A DNA stretch of 64,000 nucleotides from Gammaproteobacteria bacterium. Lineage in GTDB: Bacteria > Pseudomonadota > Gammaproteobacteria > UBA9339. Positions 47,576 through 58,072 of this stretch are shown here, piece by piece (within the stretch, counting starts at the first letter, position 1; each line of letters starts with the position of its first letter). The translations under genes were made by a program, and so were the position numbers. Location: contig JAZNNJ010000014.1 of the NCBI GenBank assembly GCA_045580225.1, positions 1,922-65,921 on the forward strand, given 5' to 3'. Under the pieces are notes generated by a model, which was not told the DNA's origin, ran no database searches, and saw only the letters and a program-made list of their open reading frames with translations.

Positions 47576-50290
47576 TTATTGAATTGGTATGCAAACAAAA
47601 TCTGTTAATAAATTTGGTATAAATGGATTGTAACTACTTGTTAATAAATAAAAATACTCTTTACCAATGGAAATTTTAAACTTTCCTCCTTTTATGTGTT
47701 TTAGATCTATTTGATCAAGTAGTTTGAACCATGCCCAAATACCGTGTTGTGATAATGTATTAGTTTTAATATTATCTGTATAATTTAAAATAACAGTTTG
47801 ATTAATAGGCCAATTAAAAGATGGAACCATGGATAAATTTATTGCGTGATTATCAACTATTAAATTTAGTTTACTACTAGATTCTAAATTAGCTAAAGAA
47901 AAACTAAATCCTAGTTTATGGTTTATATAAAAAGCTTTTTGTATTAAAATGCTTCTTATTCCTATATCTAAAAAATAACTACCAAATGGTAATTTATTGT
48001 TTTCTATATTTTTCCAATCCCAATTCAAATGTTCTTTGATTATAACATATGGTTGTAAATAGTTTTTAACGAAATTTTCTAGGATTTGTCCAGGTCCAAA
48101 AAATTTATCAAAATTTTCTTTAGTTAAATCTTTATTACTTAATTTATCAAATGGATAATATCCGTGAATTAGTTGTTGATATTTAGGAATAATTTTATCA
48201 TTCCATTCTTTTTTTATTTCATTAAAAACTTCATGAGCTATTTCATTTAGTGTTTGTTTTTTTATTTGTGATATTAAAGCATCATATCCTGGTATATTTT
48301 TAATGTTTAACGAAAAACTTTGCCAATTTTTTCCATTGGATTGAAAATATTCTTTTAACCATTTGCTAGCATTTAAATTTTTTTGAAGAGTAACAAATTT
48401 ACTTATCTCTATTTTAAAATTTTTCCATTCTGATTGTAATTTTATTTTCCACAATTCAAATTCTTCAATACCGTTTGGTAAATTATTGATAATTGTGTTT
48501 ATCTCTTTTGGTAATTGATTTGATTTATTCCAATCAATTAAAGATTTTGTTAAAGACTTATTACCAAGAAAATTATTTAAATTTTGCCAGAAACTAACAT
48601 AATTATTGATATATACTTGTTGAATGTGTGTAAGTAACTCTTTATTAGTTTGATTTTTTAATTTCGGTAGTTTTAATATTGTTTTGTAACATTGTTGATG
48701 AAAATAATGACTAAAATATTTCTTTAAATACATTTCTGGTACAAAAATGTATTTTTGGTTTAATTTTATCGGTTGTTTAGTAAATTTATTTTTTGATAGT
48801 TGATTATTTATTAATGTTTGTTGAACATCTAATACTAATTGCTTATTAATAGACTCAATATTATTTAATGGATAATTTGGATTTAAATCGATGTTTAATT
48901 GTTTCTTTAACCACTGTGATAAGAATAGTTTTTCAAATTTACTAGTTTGTTGGAAGGCCAAGTAAGCGCGTAAAGTATTAGGTAAAATGTCTAGCTTTTT
49001 TAATTTTATTTGTTCTTCTAGAGCTTTTTCTACTAAATTTTGGTAAAAAAATAATTGTTGACTATTTATTTTCCAACTATGTATTTGTGAAATAATTTTT
49101 TTATAATCTAAATTGTAAAATTTTCCTATGTTATCTTTAGTTGTAAGTGTGATGGGTAAGGAGTTGAAATTTTCTAATTGAAATTCCTTTTTTATTTTTG
49201 AAATAATGTCGGTATTTTTTTTGTATAATGTGCCTAAGAATAAGCTAATGGAAGTAATTATAATTCCTATGAACAAATATAAACTGCGATAATCGATACT
49301 AACTATATTTTTAGATTTATTTGTAATTAATTGAAAAAGTGGCGATGTAAAATAAGGTTTTTGTTCATTATAATAATCAGGTTGATTAAGATTAACTCCT
49401 AATGTTTTCAGGTAATTGTTAGTATTATAATCTATTTCTCCAAATAGTTGACAACTACTAGTAAAAAATATTCCATTTAAATTTATTAAGTTGCTGTTAG
49501 GAATTTTACTAATTATTGAAGATAATATCATTTTTGTTTCACTAAAATGAATATGAAATAGTTTAGTTTTATGTATTGATGTATTATCGGAATTGTTGCT
49601 TATGTGATTATCTATATTATTAATTAGTAAATCAAATTTACTTTGAAAATCTGATACAGTATCTTGTACTTTAGGATTAAATAAAATACCGAATGGTTCT
49701 AACAATTGTTGTTTATCCAATATTTTAAAAAAATCTTTACATCCGATAATTCTGTCGCATTTAGTCATTATTAGGTATATTTGTAAATAATTGACATGCT
49801 CTTTAGTTTCATAAATTCTCTTACGAAAACTAGATAAAATTGTTTCTAATTCTGATTTATTTTCCAGTAGATAAGGTAAATCAAAAATTAACAGTAGAGA
49901 TTGTATTATATTTCCAAAATGTTTTTTTAGCAATTTAATAAGTCCTATCCATATTTTTTGGTTTGAATATTCTCTTTGATTAGATTGAGTATAAAATCCA
50001 GCTGTATCTACAAAAATACCTTCCGATGAATACCAAAAAATGCAAGTTTTGGTAGGGAAGATTGTTGAATTTTTGGGTAATAATGATGAAGTATCTATTT
50101 GTTTAAGATTAGAATTTAATAATAGGGTAGATTTACCGTGTCCTGATGGTCCTAATAATAAAAAAATTTTTTTGTCTCTTATAAATTCATTTTTTTTGAA
50201 AAATTTTTTGGCTTGTTTTATCTTTTCTTTTAAAATAGTTAATTCTTGTTTAGTATATAAGAAATTTTCTTGATTCATTTTAATAAACAT
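47576..50290 (-). CDS. icmF: IcmF/TssM-family protein (Dot/Icm IcmF-like)
   Basis: 904 aa. Walker A LLLGPSGHGKSTLLLNS followed by FWYSSEGIFVDTAGFY (compare the TssM/IcmF form GPPGSGKT...WWFT.EAVLIDTAGRY). One transmembrane segment near aa 340-360. Paired with a DotU-like gene. Confidence 0.6.
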   Translation of the reverse strand: MFIKMNQENFLYTKQELTILKEKIKQAKKFFKKNEFIRDKKIFLLLGPSGHGKSTLLLNSNLKQIDTSSLLPKNSTIFPTKTCIFWYSSEGIFVDTAGFYTQSNQREYSNQKIWIGLIKLLKKHFGNIIQSLLLIFDLPYLLENKSELETILSSFRKRIYETKEHVNYLQIYLIMTKCDRIIGCKDFFKILDKQQLLEPFGILFNPKVQDTVSDFQSKFDLLINNIDNHISNNSDNTSIHKTKLFHIHFSETKMILSSIISKIPNSNLINLNGIFFTSSCQLFGEIDYNTNNYLKTLGVNLNQPDYYNEQKPYFTSPLFQLITNKSKNIVSIDYRSLYLFIGIIITSISLFLGTLYKKNTDIISKIKKEFQLENFNSLPITLTTKDNIGKFYNLDYKKIISQIHSWKINSQQLFFYQNLVEKALEEQIKLKKLDILPNTLRAYLAFQQTSKFEKLFLSQWLKKQLNIDLNPNYPLNNIESINKQLVLDVQQTLINNQLSKNKFTKQPIKLNQKYIFVPEMYLKKYFSHYFHQQCYKTILKLPKLKNQTNKELLTHIQQVYINNYVSFWQNLNNFLGNKSLTKSLIDWNKSNQLPKEINTIINNLPNGIEEFELWKIKLQSEWKNFKIEISKFVTLQKNLNASKWLKEYFQSNGKNWQSFSLNIKNIPGYDALISQIKKQTLNEIAHEVFNEIKKEWNDKIIPKYQQLIHGYYPFDKLSNKDLTKENFDKFFGPGQILENFVKNYLQPYVIIKEHLNWDWKNIENNKLPFGSYFLDIGIRSILIQKAFYINHKLGFSFSLANLESSSKLNLIVDNHAINLSMVPSFNWPINQTVILNYTDNIKTNTLSQHGIWAWFKLLDQIDLKHIKGGKFKISIGKEYFYLLTSSYNPFIPNLLTDFVCIPIQ

Positions 50291-50927
50291 TAAGTTGATA
50301 TTTTAACTTACAGATTGTTATAACATATAAGAAAAACGTAAACGCGGTTACAACAAGAAAAATATAAAAACCTGTCTTGCTGTTTAGTAACTCGTGTATC
50401 GTAATTTTTCTAATTATTGACTGTTGTTTGTCATCCTGGATTAACAATTTATTTTGTGAGTTTTTTAAATTCAGTTGATTCCAGTTTATTACCCAATTAT
50501 TGAATTGATCCTTATTATTTCCAAAAATGGTATATAACTGTGGGTAAAAATTGTTTATTAAATCTAGAAAATTTCCTAAATCGTAATAAGCATAATGTTT
50601 GTATTTTTTTAAGATTTTTTCTAGTAATTGATAATTACTGTTTGTTTCTGAAAATTTATATATATCTTGCATATTTTCTTCTATCGATATTTTTAGGATA
50701 GACAGTTTATCTATAATAATTTTATACATGATTTGAATTACTAATATGATGATTTCTTTTGGATAAATTGTTAATTTAGGATTTTTAATGAACTCATTAA
50801 TTTCTTTAATAAGTTCTTTTTTTAATTTTTGTGTGTCTGTGATAAAAGAAATTTCGTTTAGTATAAAACTATAAACCATAAAATTTTTAGACAAAGTAAT
50901 TAGATTGTATTTTTTAGTAGTTATCAT
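50280..50927 (-). CDS. icmH: DotU/IcmH (TssL-family)-like tail-anchored membrane protein
   Basis: 215 aa. Soluble helical domain plus a single C-terminal transmembrane segment (GFYIFLVVTAFTFFLYVITI). Overlaps the icmF start by 11 nt. Called from topology and position, not from sequence motifs. Confidence 0.42.
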   Translation of the reverse strand: MITTKKYNLITLSKNFMVYSFILNEISFITDTQKLKKELIKEINEFIKNPKLTIYPKEIIILVIQIMYKIIIDKLSILKISIEENMQDIYKFSETNSNYQLLEKILKKYKHYAYYDLGNFLDLINNFYPQLYTIFGNNKDQFNNWVINWNQLNLKNSQNKLLIQDDKQQSIIRKITIHELLNSKTGFYIFLVVTAFTFFLYVITICKLKYQLNVY

Positions 50928-51175
50928 TGATTTATTGATAGTTTTTTTATTTTTTGTTGCAACGTACGTCTACTAATACCTAAACATTTTGCGGCATGTG
51001 TACGGTTACCTTTGGTTTTATCTAATACAATATTAAACAACGGAGCTTCTATTTCTTTTAATACTAAATCATATAGCCCAGTTATTTCATTGGGTGATAG
51101 GCATTCGAAATACTTACTTAATTCTTGATATATACATTTGCTTATGTTAGAAACGAATAAATTTTTTTTATCCAC
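50924..51175 (-). CDS. fis: Fis-family DNA-binding protein
   Basis: 83 aa. C-terminal helix-turn-helix GNRTHAAKCLGISRRTLQQKIKK, typical of Fis. 4-nt ATGA overlap with the DotU-like gene. Confidence 0.8.
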   Translation of the reverse strand: MDKKNLFVSNISKCIYQELSKYFECLSPNEITGLYDLVLKEIEAPLFNIVLDKTKGNRTHAAKCLGISRRTLQQKIKKLSINQ

Positions 51176-51190
51176 GCGATTTCTCCAAAA

Positions 51191-51472
51191 TTATGCTGTA
51201 ATATTAATACCTTTTTTTGTTTTTTTACGTTTAAGTTGTGTTACAGAACGTTTATTAATAATTCTGCTAACATCATCTAGAGGAGTAGTGATTTTATTAA
51301 AAATTATGTTACGTTTATTTTTTTGTCGACGACTAATTTTTATTTGAGAAATAATGTTGCTTGTTTCCAGTGTTTTTTTTTGTACGGATGTTTTAATTAA
51401 ATTATTCGCATTCGATTTATTATTTATTCCAAAAAATTTTAGTATTTTATTTAGCCAATCTGTAATAAGCAA
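51191..51472 (-). CDS. Hypothetical highly basic 93-aa protein
   Basis: ORF only. Lys/Arg/Asn-rich. It ends 15 nt upstream of fis. Confidence 0.3.
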   Translation of the reverse strand: MLITDWLNKILKFFGINNKSNANNLIKTSVQKKTLETSNIISQIKISRRQKNKRNIIFNKITTPLDDVSRIINKRSVTQLKRKKTKKGINITA

Positions 51473-51628
51473 TTATTAATCCTCTATGTACTCAGTATTT
51501 TAATTCTAAAGTATTATTAAATTTTATCAACCTTACTTTTTAAATTATTTAGAGATTTAAAATTATCGGTTGTTCTAAATGAAGAATAGTATATAATCGT
51601 GTTACTATTATCTATATTGTAGGATGTT

Positions 51629-52432
51629 ATGGTTAAAGAAGTAAATGACAATGAAGTAATGTATCATGTTGGTTTATCGAAACATATGTTGGAAGGGGCA
51701 GAATATGTTCTGTTGCCAGGTGATCCTAAACGTTCTGAATCATTGGCTAAGATTTTTGATCATGATGCAAAATTTCTTGCAGATGTTAGGGAACATGTTT
51801 CTTATTTAGCTAATTTTCATGGAAATAAAATTTTAGTGTGCTCTTCTGGGCTAGGTGGTCCTAATATTGGGATTACTATGGAAGAATTAGCTGTATTGGG
51901 TATAAAGTATTTTTTGAGAGTTGGTACTACAGGTGGAATTCAACCTAAAATCAATTTAGGTGATGTGATAGTTAGTACTTCAGCAGTACGTTTAGAAGGT
52001 ACTTCGCAAGATTATGCACCAATTAATTATCCTGCTGTTGCTGATTTAGAATTTACGAATGACATTGTTTGTGGGGCAAAAGAGAGCGGGGTCCCCTTTC
52101 ATATAGGTATCACTGCTTCTACAGATACTTTTTGGCAAGGACAAGAACGTTATGATTCTTATACTCAATATTTGCTTAGAACAAAACGTGGTTCCATGGA
52201 AGAATGGAAAAATTTAAATGTTTTGAATTTTGAAATGGAAGCTAGTGCCTTATTTGTTATTGCGTCGGTAATGGGGCTAAAAGCAGCTTGTATTTGTGGA
52301 GTGGTAGCTAATCGAGTTGAATCGGAAAAAATTTCTACCGAAGTGAAACAAAGTACAGCTAAAGATCATTGGGAACAGGTAGCTAAGGCTGGTATTTATG
52401 CTAGTTTAAAACGACGTAATTTATTGAAATAG
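51629..52432 (+). CDS. udp: Uridine phosphorylase
   Basis: 267 aa. Near-colinear with E. coli Udp (LPGDPKRSE, VCSSGLGGPNIGITMEEL, FLRVGTTGGIQP, FEMEASALF). Confidence 0.9.
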   Translation: MVKEVNDNEVMYHVGLSKHMLEGAEYVLLPGDPKRSESLAKIFDHDAKFLADVREHVSYLANFHGNKILVCSSGLGGPNIGITMEELAVLGIKYFLRVGTTGGIQPKINLGDVIVSTSAVRLEGTSQDYAPINYPAVADLEFTNDIVCGAKESGVPFHIGITASTDTFWQGQERYDSYTQYLLRTKRGSMEEWKNLNVLNFEMEASALFVIASVMGLKAACICGVVANRVESEKISTEVKQSTAKDHWEQVAKAGIYASLKRRNLLK

Positions 52433-52439
52433 AGTATTT

Positions 52440-53747
52440 ATGAATTCAAATCCTTTAGCTAAAAAGTTTTATTTACAAAGTTTTGGTTGTCAAATGAATG
52501 AATATGATTCATCTAGACTTAGTGATTTGATGCTAGCTAGAGGATTTGTAAGAGTTGATTGTCCCGATGACGCTGATCTTATTATCTTGAATACTTGTGC
52601 TATTCGAGAAAAAGCAGAAGAAAAGATTTTTTCTCGTTTAGGATGTTTTAAACCTTTAAAAAAGAAAAATAATAATTTAAAAATTGCAGTAGGTGGTTGT
52701 GTAGCAGTAGCGCAACAAGCAAAAATTTTTCAAAGATCACCGGAAGTAGATTTTATTTTCGGACCTTCTACTATTCATTTGTTGCCTGACTGGTATCAGA
52801 GTCATCATGTGATAAAAATAGAAGGTGATCCTCTTACCAAATTTGCTCATTTTCCAGCTCCTCGTATACAGGGGGTATCTGCTTTTGTGTCTATTATGGA
52901 GGGATGTAATAATTTTTGCAGTTATTGTATAGTGCCTTTTACTCGTGGGCGAGAAATTAGTAGACCGTTAAATGATATTTTGAAAGAAATAGAGGCTGTA
53001 TTAAATCAAGGAGTTAAAGAAATTCATTTGTTGGGACAAAATGTTAATTCGTATTTTGATTTGCAAACTAATTGCGATTTGGCTGATTTACTTGAAAAAA
53101 TAGCATCTTATTCTGAAATTGTTCGTATTCGATTTACCACATCTTATCCTAAAAATTTTACTGAGAAATTATTTAATGTTTATTTAAAAGAGCCAAAATT
53201 GGTAAATCAGCTTCATTTACCAATTCAAAGTGGAAGTAATAATGTTTTACGTGCTATGCGTAGAAAATATAATACTGAAAAGTATATACAAATCATTAAC
53301 GATCTTAAAAAAGTACGTCCTGATATTAGTTTAAGTTCTGACTTTATTGTTGGGTTTCCTGGAGAAACAGATGAGGATTTTAATGAAACATTGGATTTAG
53401 TTGATAAATTAAAGTTTGATCATTCGTTTAGTTTTATTTTTAGTAAACGTCCAGGTACTAGAGCTGCAGAATTGTTCGATGATATTTCTTTACAAACAAA
53501 AAAGAAACGTTTAGCTATGTTGCAAGAAAAGTTATCTAATTATACTGATTATTACAGTAATTTAATGTTAGGTACAACTCAGGAGGTATTGGTAGAAAAA
53601 AGTAAAAATTTGCGTGGTCAATATACGGGTCGCACTGAAAATAATCGTGTAGTTAATTTTATAGGAGATGATAGTTGTTTAGGTAATTTAGTTAAAGTAA
53701 AAATTACGGAAGTATTACCCAATTCACTACGTGGGCAAATGGAATAA
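52440..53747 (+). CDS. miaB: tRNA-i6A37 methylthiotransferase MiaB
   Basis: 435 aa. N-terminus FGCQMNEYDS, radical-SAM motif CNNFCSYCIVP, and a C-terminal TRAM domain. Confidence 0.92.
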   Translation: MNSNPLAKKFYLQSFGCQMNEYDSSRLSDLMLARGFVRVDCPDDADLIILNTCAIREKAEEKIFSRLGCFKPLKKKNNNLKIAVGGCVAVAQQAKIFQRSPEVDFIFGPSTIHLLPDWYQSHHVIKIEGDPLTKFAHFPAPRIQGVSAFVSIMEGCNNFCSYCIVPFTRGREISRPLNDILKEIEAVLNQGVKEIHLLGQNVNSYFDLQTNCDLADLLEKIASYSEIVRIRFTTSYPKNFTEKLFNVYLKEPKLVNQLHLPIQSGSNNVLRAMRRKYNTEKYIQIINDLKKVRPDISLSSDFIVGFPGETDEDFNETLDLVDKLKFDHSFSFIFSKRPGTRAAELFDDISLQTKKKRLAMLQEKLSNYTDYYSNLMLGTTQEVLVEKSKNLRGQYTGRTENNRVVNFIGDDSCLGNLVKVKITEVLPNSLRGQME

Positions 53748-53823
53748 CATCAATCTGAAAATAACCTACCCAACCCGATGATAATTATTATAAAAAATCA
53801 TAATGTTATTACATTGTAAAAGT

Positions 53824-53862
53824 AAAACCGGATTTTGTATATGTGCAATTTCCGGTTTTTTG
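53824..53862. terminator. Bidirectional terminator between the convergent miaB and PMM/PGM genes
   Basis: AAAACCGGA...TCCGGTTTT stem flanked by an A-run and a T-run (TTTTTTG on the plus strand). Confidence 0.5.
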
Positions 53863-53867
53863 TATAT

Positions 53868-55256
53868 TTAAAACGGTAAATCTAAATCAGGAATAATGCG
53901 TATGATTTCTGATTTAAATAAGTGTTGAATACGATCTAGACTATTTTGGTTGTCTCCTTCAAAACAAGCGATTAAGTATGGTGTTGTGTTAGATGGTCTA
54001 ATTAAACCAAATCCGTCTGAAAAATCTACTCTTAATCCGTCAATAGTATCTACTTCTCCATCAAATCGACTGTGTTTAATTAACATTTCCATTATTTTAA
54101 ATTTTTCTTCTTCTGGTACAGGAATTTTTAGTTCTGGTGTGGAATACGAAGGAGGAATATTAGCAAATAATTCGGTAGCAGTTTGTTTTTTCTTAGTTAA
54201 TAATTCCAGAATACGTGCTGCTACATACATACCATCATCAAAACCGAACCAACGTTCTTTCATGAAAATATGTCCACTTAGTTCTCCTGCTAAATAAGCA
54301 CCTGTTTCCTTCATTTTAGCTTTAATTAATGAATGGCCAGTTCTATATCTTAAAGGAATGCCTTGGTGATTTTCAATTTGTTGTTTAATTTGTCGACTGC
54401 ATTTTATATCGAAAATGATAGGTTTATCTTTATGACGAGTTAATAAGTCCAAAGATAAAAGGGTTAGTAATCGATCGGCAGATATAATTTCTCCTGTTTC
54501 TGTTATTATACCAACGCGATCAGCGTCACCATCGAACGCTAATCCAAGATCATATTTATCGTTTTGAATGGTTTTTTTTAAGATTTCTAAATTTTTAGGT
54601 ACAGAAGGATCCGGTTGATGGTTAGGGAAATTACCGTCTACTTCACAAAATAATTCTTTAACTTCACATCCTAGAGACCTAAATAAAGTTGGAGCAAACT
54701 TTCCTCCTACACCGTTGCCACAGTCAATAACTATTTTAACAGGATAATTTAAATGAATATCAGAAGTGATTGCTTTAAGATATAAATCAGTTACTTCTTG
54801 GTTAATTCTGACTCCTTGACCAGTGCGGTAATTACTTTCTAAAATTCTCTGATATAAATTTGTAATTGCTTGGCCATATAAAGTTTCTCCTCCTATGACT
54901 ATTTTAATACCATTATAATTTGGTGGATTATGGCTACCACTTAACATTATCCCGGATTGTGATTCCGATGTAGCTGCAGCATAATATAACATAGGAGTAG
55001 TAACTTCACCGATATTAATAACATGACATCCTGTAGATAAAATTCCAGCAATTAAAGCTTCTACTAATACTGGCCCTGATAATCTACCATCTCTTCCAAT
55101 ATTTACTGAGTTGATTCCCCTATCTATTATTTCTGAACCTAATGCAGCACCTATGGTGTAAATATTATTTTCTGTAAAAGTTTCTTCTACAATTCCGCGT
55201 ATATCATAAGCTCGGAAAATGTTTTGAGATATTTGTTTTTGTATTTGATATGTCAT
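53868..55256 (-). CDS. Phosphomannomutase/phosphoglucomutase (AlgC/ManB type)
   Basis: 462 aa. Active-site MLSGSHNPPNYNGIK, metal loop FDGDADR, and GELSGH. Confidence 0.88.
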   Translation of the reverse strand: MTYQIQKQISQNIFRAYDIRGIVEETFTENNIYTIGAALGSEIIDRGINSVNIGRDGRLSGPVLVEALIAGILSTGCHVINIGEVTTPMLYYAAATSESQSGIMLSGSHNPPNYNGIKIVIGGETLYGQAITNLYQRILESNYRTGQGVRINQEVTDLYLKAITSDIHLNYPVKIVIDCGNGVGGKFAPTLFRSLGCEVKELFCEVDGNFPNHQPDPSVPKNLEILKKTIQNDKYDLGLAFDGDADRVGIITETGEIISADRLLTLLSLDLLTRHKDKPIIFDIKCSRQIKQQIENHQGIPLRYRTGHSLIKAKMKETGAYLAGELSGHIFMKERWFGFDDGMYVAARILELLTKKKQTATELFANIPPSYSTPELKIPVPEEEKFKIMEMLIKHSRFDGEVDTIDGLRVDFSDGFGLIRPSNTTPYLIACFEGDNQNSLDRIQHLFKSEIIRIIPDLDLPF

Positions 55257-55264
55257 ATTTCCTC

Positions 55265-55711
55265 CTATTTTGTTCCTGTATGTCCAAATCCATTAATATT
55301 TCTTTTGGTGATAGCGAAAGAATTTATTTCTGTAAATTTAATTCTAGCTATTGGTACTATTACTAATTGAGCTAAGCGAGCTAACGGTTCTAAAAGATAA
55401 TCATTATTGCTGCGATTCCAACAAGAAATTTTAATTTCTCCTTGGTAATCTGCATCTAGTAATCCTACTAGATTACCTAAAACTATTCCATGCTTATGTC
55501 CTAATCCAGAACGTGGTAAAATTAATCCGGCATAATTGGGGTCAGATAAATAGATTGCAATACCGGTAGGAATTAAAACTACTTGGTTAGGTGCAATTAA
55601 TATTTCTTCTTTAATTGCTGCTCTTAGATCTAAACCGGCTGCATCTGGGGTTGCGTATTTGGGGAAATTATCTTTAAGACGGTTATCTAAAATTTTTAAT
55701 TGGCACTCCAT
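55265..55711 (-). CDS. dut: dUTP diphosphatase
   Basis: 148 aa. AAGLDLRA, PRSGLGHKHGI and GFGHTG motifs. Confidence 0.92.
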   Translation of the reverse strand: MECQLKILDNRLKDNFPKYATPDAAGLDLRAAIKEEILIAPNQVVLIPTGIAIYLSDPNYAGLILPRSGLGHKHGIVLGNLVGLLDADYQGEIKISCWNRSNNDYLLEPLARLAQLVIVPIARIKFTEINSFAITKRNINGFGHTGTK

Positions 55712-55853
55712 GTTTATTTACCTGTAGTTTATTTATACTAATTATTCTGTAATTTTATTAAAAGGTCAAATTTATTATTGAGACTAATTTATTTTTAAGT
55801 ACAATGAATGAAATTATTGCAATTTTGTTATTTTTACTGAGAGTGAATTTAAA

Positions 55854-57137
55854 ATGACAGATACGGTAGAAGTTGTGCGTTTAACTCATGAAGGAAGAGG
55901 AGTTGCTTATTTAGGACAAAAAATTTTATTAGTAGAAAATGGTTTACCTGGTGAAATGGTTAAAATTCGAAACATTTGTAGACGAAGGCGTTTTAATATT
56001 GTTCAAGCAATAGAAATTTGTAATCCATCTCCAGATAGAGTAAATCCAATATGTCCCTATTATCATCAATGTGGTGGTTGCTCTTTGCAGCATCTTTCTT
56101 CTTGTAGGCAGTTGGAATTAAAGCAATTTATGCTAATGGAACATTTGAGGAGTTTTGGTGATTTTGAGGCAGTACCTGAATTATCTTCAACTATTTTAGG
56201 ACCGGTATGTAGTTATCGTAGAAAAGCTCGTTTATCAGTTAAATACGTTTATAAAAAATCAGATTTGATGGTTGGTTTTCATGAAAAACATCGTTCTTTG
56301 GTTACTGATGTACCTGATTGTGCCATTTTAGAATCATGTGTGGGAAGAAAGTTATCAGAAATAAAAAAAGTATTGAAAAGTTTAAGTATTTTTGAATATA
56401 TCGCTCAAATTGAATTTGCGAGTGGAGATAACGGAGCAGCATTAGTTTTTCGTAACTTAACTTCTTTAACTTCAGAAGATTTAAAAAAAATGCGTAATTT
56501 ATGTAATTCGCTTTCAATGCAAGGTTATTTGCAACCGGGTAATTTGGAATCAATTATTAGTTTTACCGAAGAAGTACCTCTTTTTTATAGATATGATGAT
56601 TTAGTTTTTTATTTTAAACCAGTAAATTTCATACAAGTTAATCGAGACGTAAATTTATCATTGATTCGACAGGTTTTAGAATGGTTAGAACCTAGTAGTA
56701 CAGATCGCATTTTGGATTTATTTTGTGGTATAGGTAATTTTTCGTTACCTATAGCTAGAGGAGCTCAAGAAGTATGGGGAGTTGAAGGAAATATTGATGC
56801 AGTAAATTTAGCTAGAAAAAATGCGATACATAACCATTTGGATAATGTTAAATTTTACGTGGAAGATTTATCTAAAGGTTGGTTACCTTATTTAATTGAC
56901 TGGAAACCTAATAAAATGCTGTTAGATCCAGCACGAGTAGGAGCTGAGGAAATATGTAAACAAATTTACTTGGTAACGCAGTTAGAAAGGGTTGTGTACG
57001 TATCGTGTAATAGTGCCACTTTTGCTAGAGATGCTGGATTACTATGTAAGAGTGGTTTTAAGTTAACTAAAATTAAATTAGCAGATATGTATCCTCATAC
57101 TGCGCATATAGAAATATGTGCAGTATTTGAGAAGTAA
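55854..57137 (+). CDS. rlmD: 23S rRNA (uracil-C5)-methyltransferase RlmD (RumA)
   Basis: 427 aa. TRAM N-terminus, Fe-S cysteines CPYYHQCGGCSLQH...DC, SAM motif LDLFCGIGNFSLP, and catalytic VYVSCN. Confidence 0.85.
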   Translation: MTDTVEVVRLTHEGRGVAYLGQKILLVENGLPGEMVKIRNICRRRRFNIVQAIEICNPSPDRVNPICPYYHQCGGCSLQHLSSCRQLELKQFMLMEHLRSFGDFEAVPELSSTILGPVCSYRRKARLSVKYVYKKSDLMVGFHEKHRSLVTDVPDCAILESCVGRKLSEIKKVLKSLSIFEYIAQIEFASGDNGAALVFRNLTSLTSEDLKKMRNLCNSLSMQGYLQPGNLESIISFTEEVPLFYRYDDLVFYFKPVNFIQVNRDVNLSLIRQVLEWLEPSSTDRILDLFCGIGNFSLPIARGAQEVWGVEGNIDAVNLARKNAIHNHLDNVKFYVEDLSKGWLPYLIDWKPNKMLLDPARVGAEEICKQIYLVTQLERVVYVSCNSATFARDAGLLCKSGFKLTKIKLADMYPHTAHIEICAVFEK

Positions 57138-57140
57138 ATA

Positions 57141-57770
57141 TTATCGCGAAGTATATTTTACACAATCTTGCCTGTTAAATCTTAATTCGCAAATATTCCA
57201 GTTAATACCTAAGTTTATTATCTGTTTTAGGTATTCTGTACGGTTATTTTTATAATCTGGGTAATAAGCGTGTTCCCATAGGTCGATAACGCATATAAGT
57301 CGTAATAGCGGGTCTCCTAACGGAGTTTCAGCATTAGTAGTTTGTAAAAAACAAAGCTTATCATTTTGATCAGCTATTAACCAACTCCATCCGCTGCCAA
57401 ATAAACTATTTGCTTCCTTAAAATATTGTGCTAAAAAATTTTTAAAACTGCCAAATTGGTTATCAATTGTTTTTTGAAAATTTCCTTTGGGGTAGGGTGA
57501 TGAAAACAGTAAACTTTGCCAATAAAAATTATGATTAAAAAGTTGTGCAGCGGCATTAAAAATTCTAGGATTATTGATTCTGGAACGAATAATGATTTCT
57601 TCTAGATTGTAATTTTCGTACGGTGTATTTTCTATTAGTTGATTTAATGTGGTTGCATATCCGCAATGATGTTTATTGTAGTGGAGTTCCATGGCTTCTC
57701 TAGAAATGACTGGATGCATAGAATATTCTTTAGGGATCTTTGCTGTAAACGGTTTCATATAATTACTCAA
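57141..57770 (-). CDS. sodB: Fe superoxide dismutase
   Basis: HYNKHH, AAQLFNHNFYWQSL and DLWEHAYY metal-ligand motifs. Confidence 0.9.
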   Translation of the reverse strand: MSNYMKPFTAKIPKEYSMHPVISREAMELHYNKHHCGYATTLNQLIENTPYENYNLEEIIIRSRINNPRIFNAAAQLFNHNFYWQSLLFSSPYPKGNFQKTIDNQFGSFKNFLAQYFKEANSLFGSGWSWLIADQNDKLCFLQTTNAETPLGDPLLRLICVIDLWEHAYYPDYKNNRTEYLKQIINLGINWNICELRFNRQDCVKYTSR

Positions 57771-57953
57771 AATCTTTAGGTGAAATGAATTTTACATATT
57801 TGGTTTTATTTTTTCAATTTTGTTTAATTATTATTTCAAAATTGAAAATAAAATGGATCACTTAATGTTTTATTGGATAGATGATAAAAAAAATTATTTT
57901 ACTTGCAAAAAAATAGAAATAAATTATCGTATAGCATGTGTTGTTTATATAAA

Positions 57954-58035
<82 letters not shown>

Positions 58036-58072
58036 TTTTTTATTTGTTTCGGTTAGCTGGGAGGTAATTGGG

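Noticed and set aside
47576-50927. The IcmF/TssM and DotU/TssL pair as part of a type VI secretion system
   Set aside because: No TssB/C, Hcp, VgrG, TssK, ClpV or baseplate genes flank the pair. The neighbours are fis and dnaN. An isolated pair fits the Dot/Icm (type IVB) arrangement better. It cannot be excluded without the whole genome.
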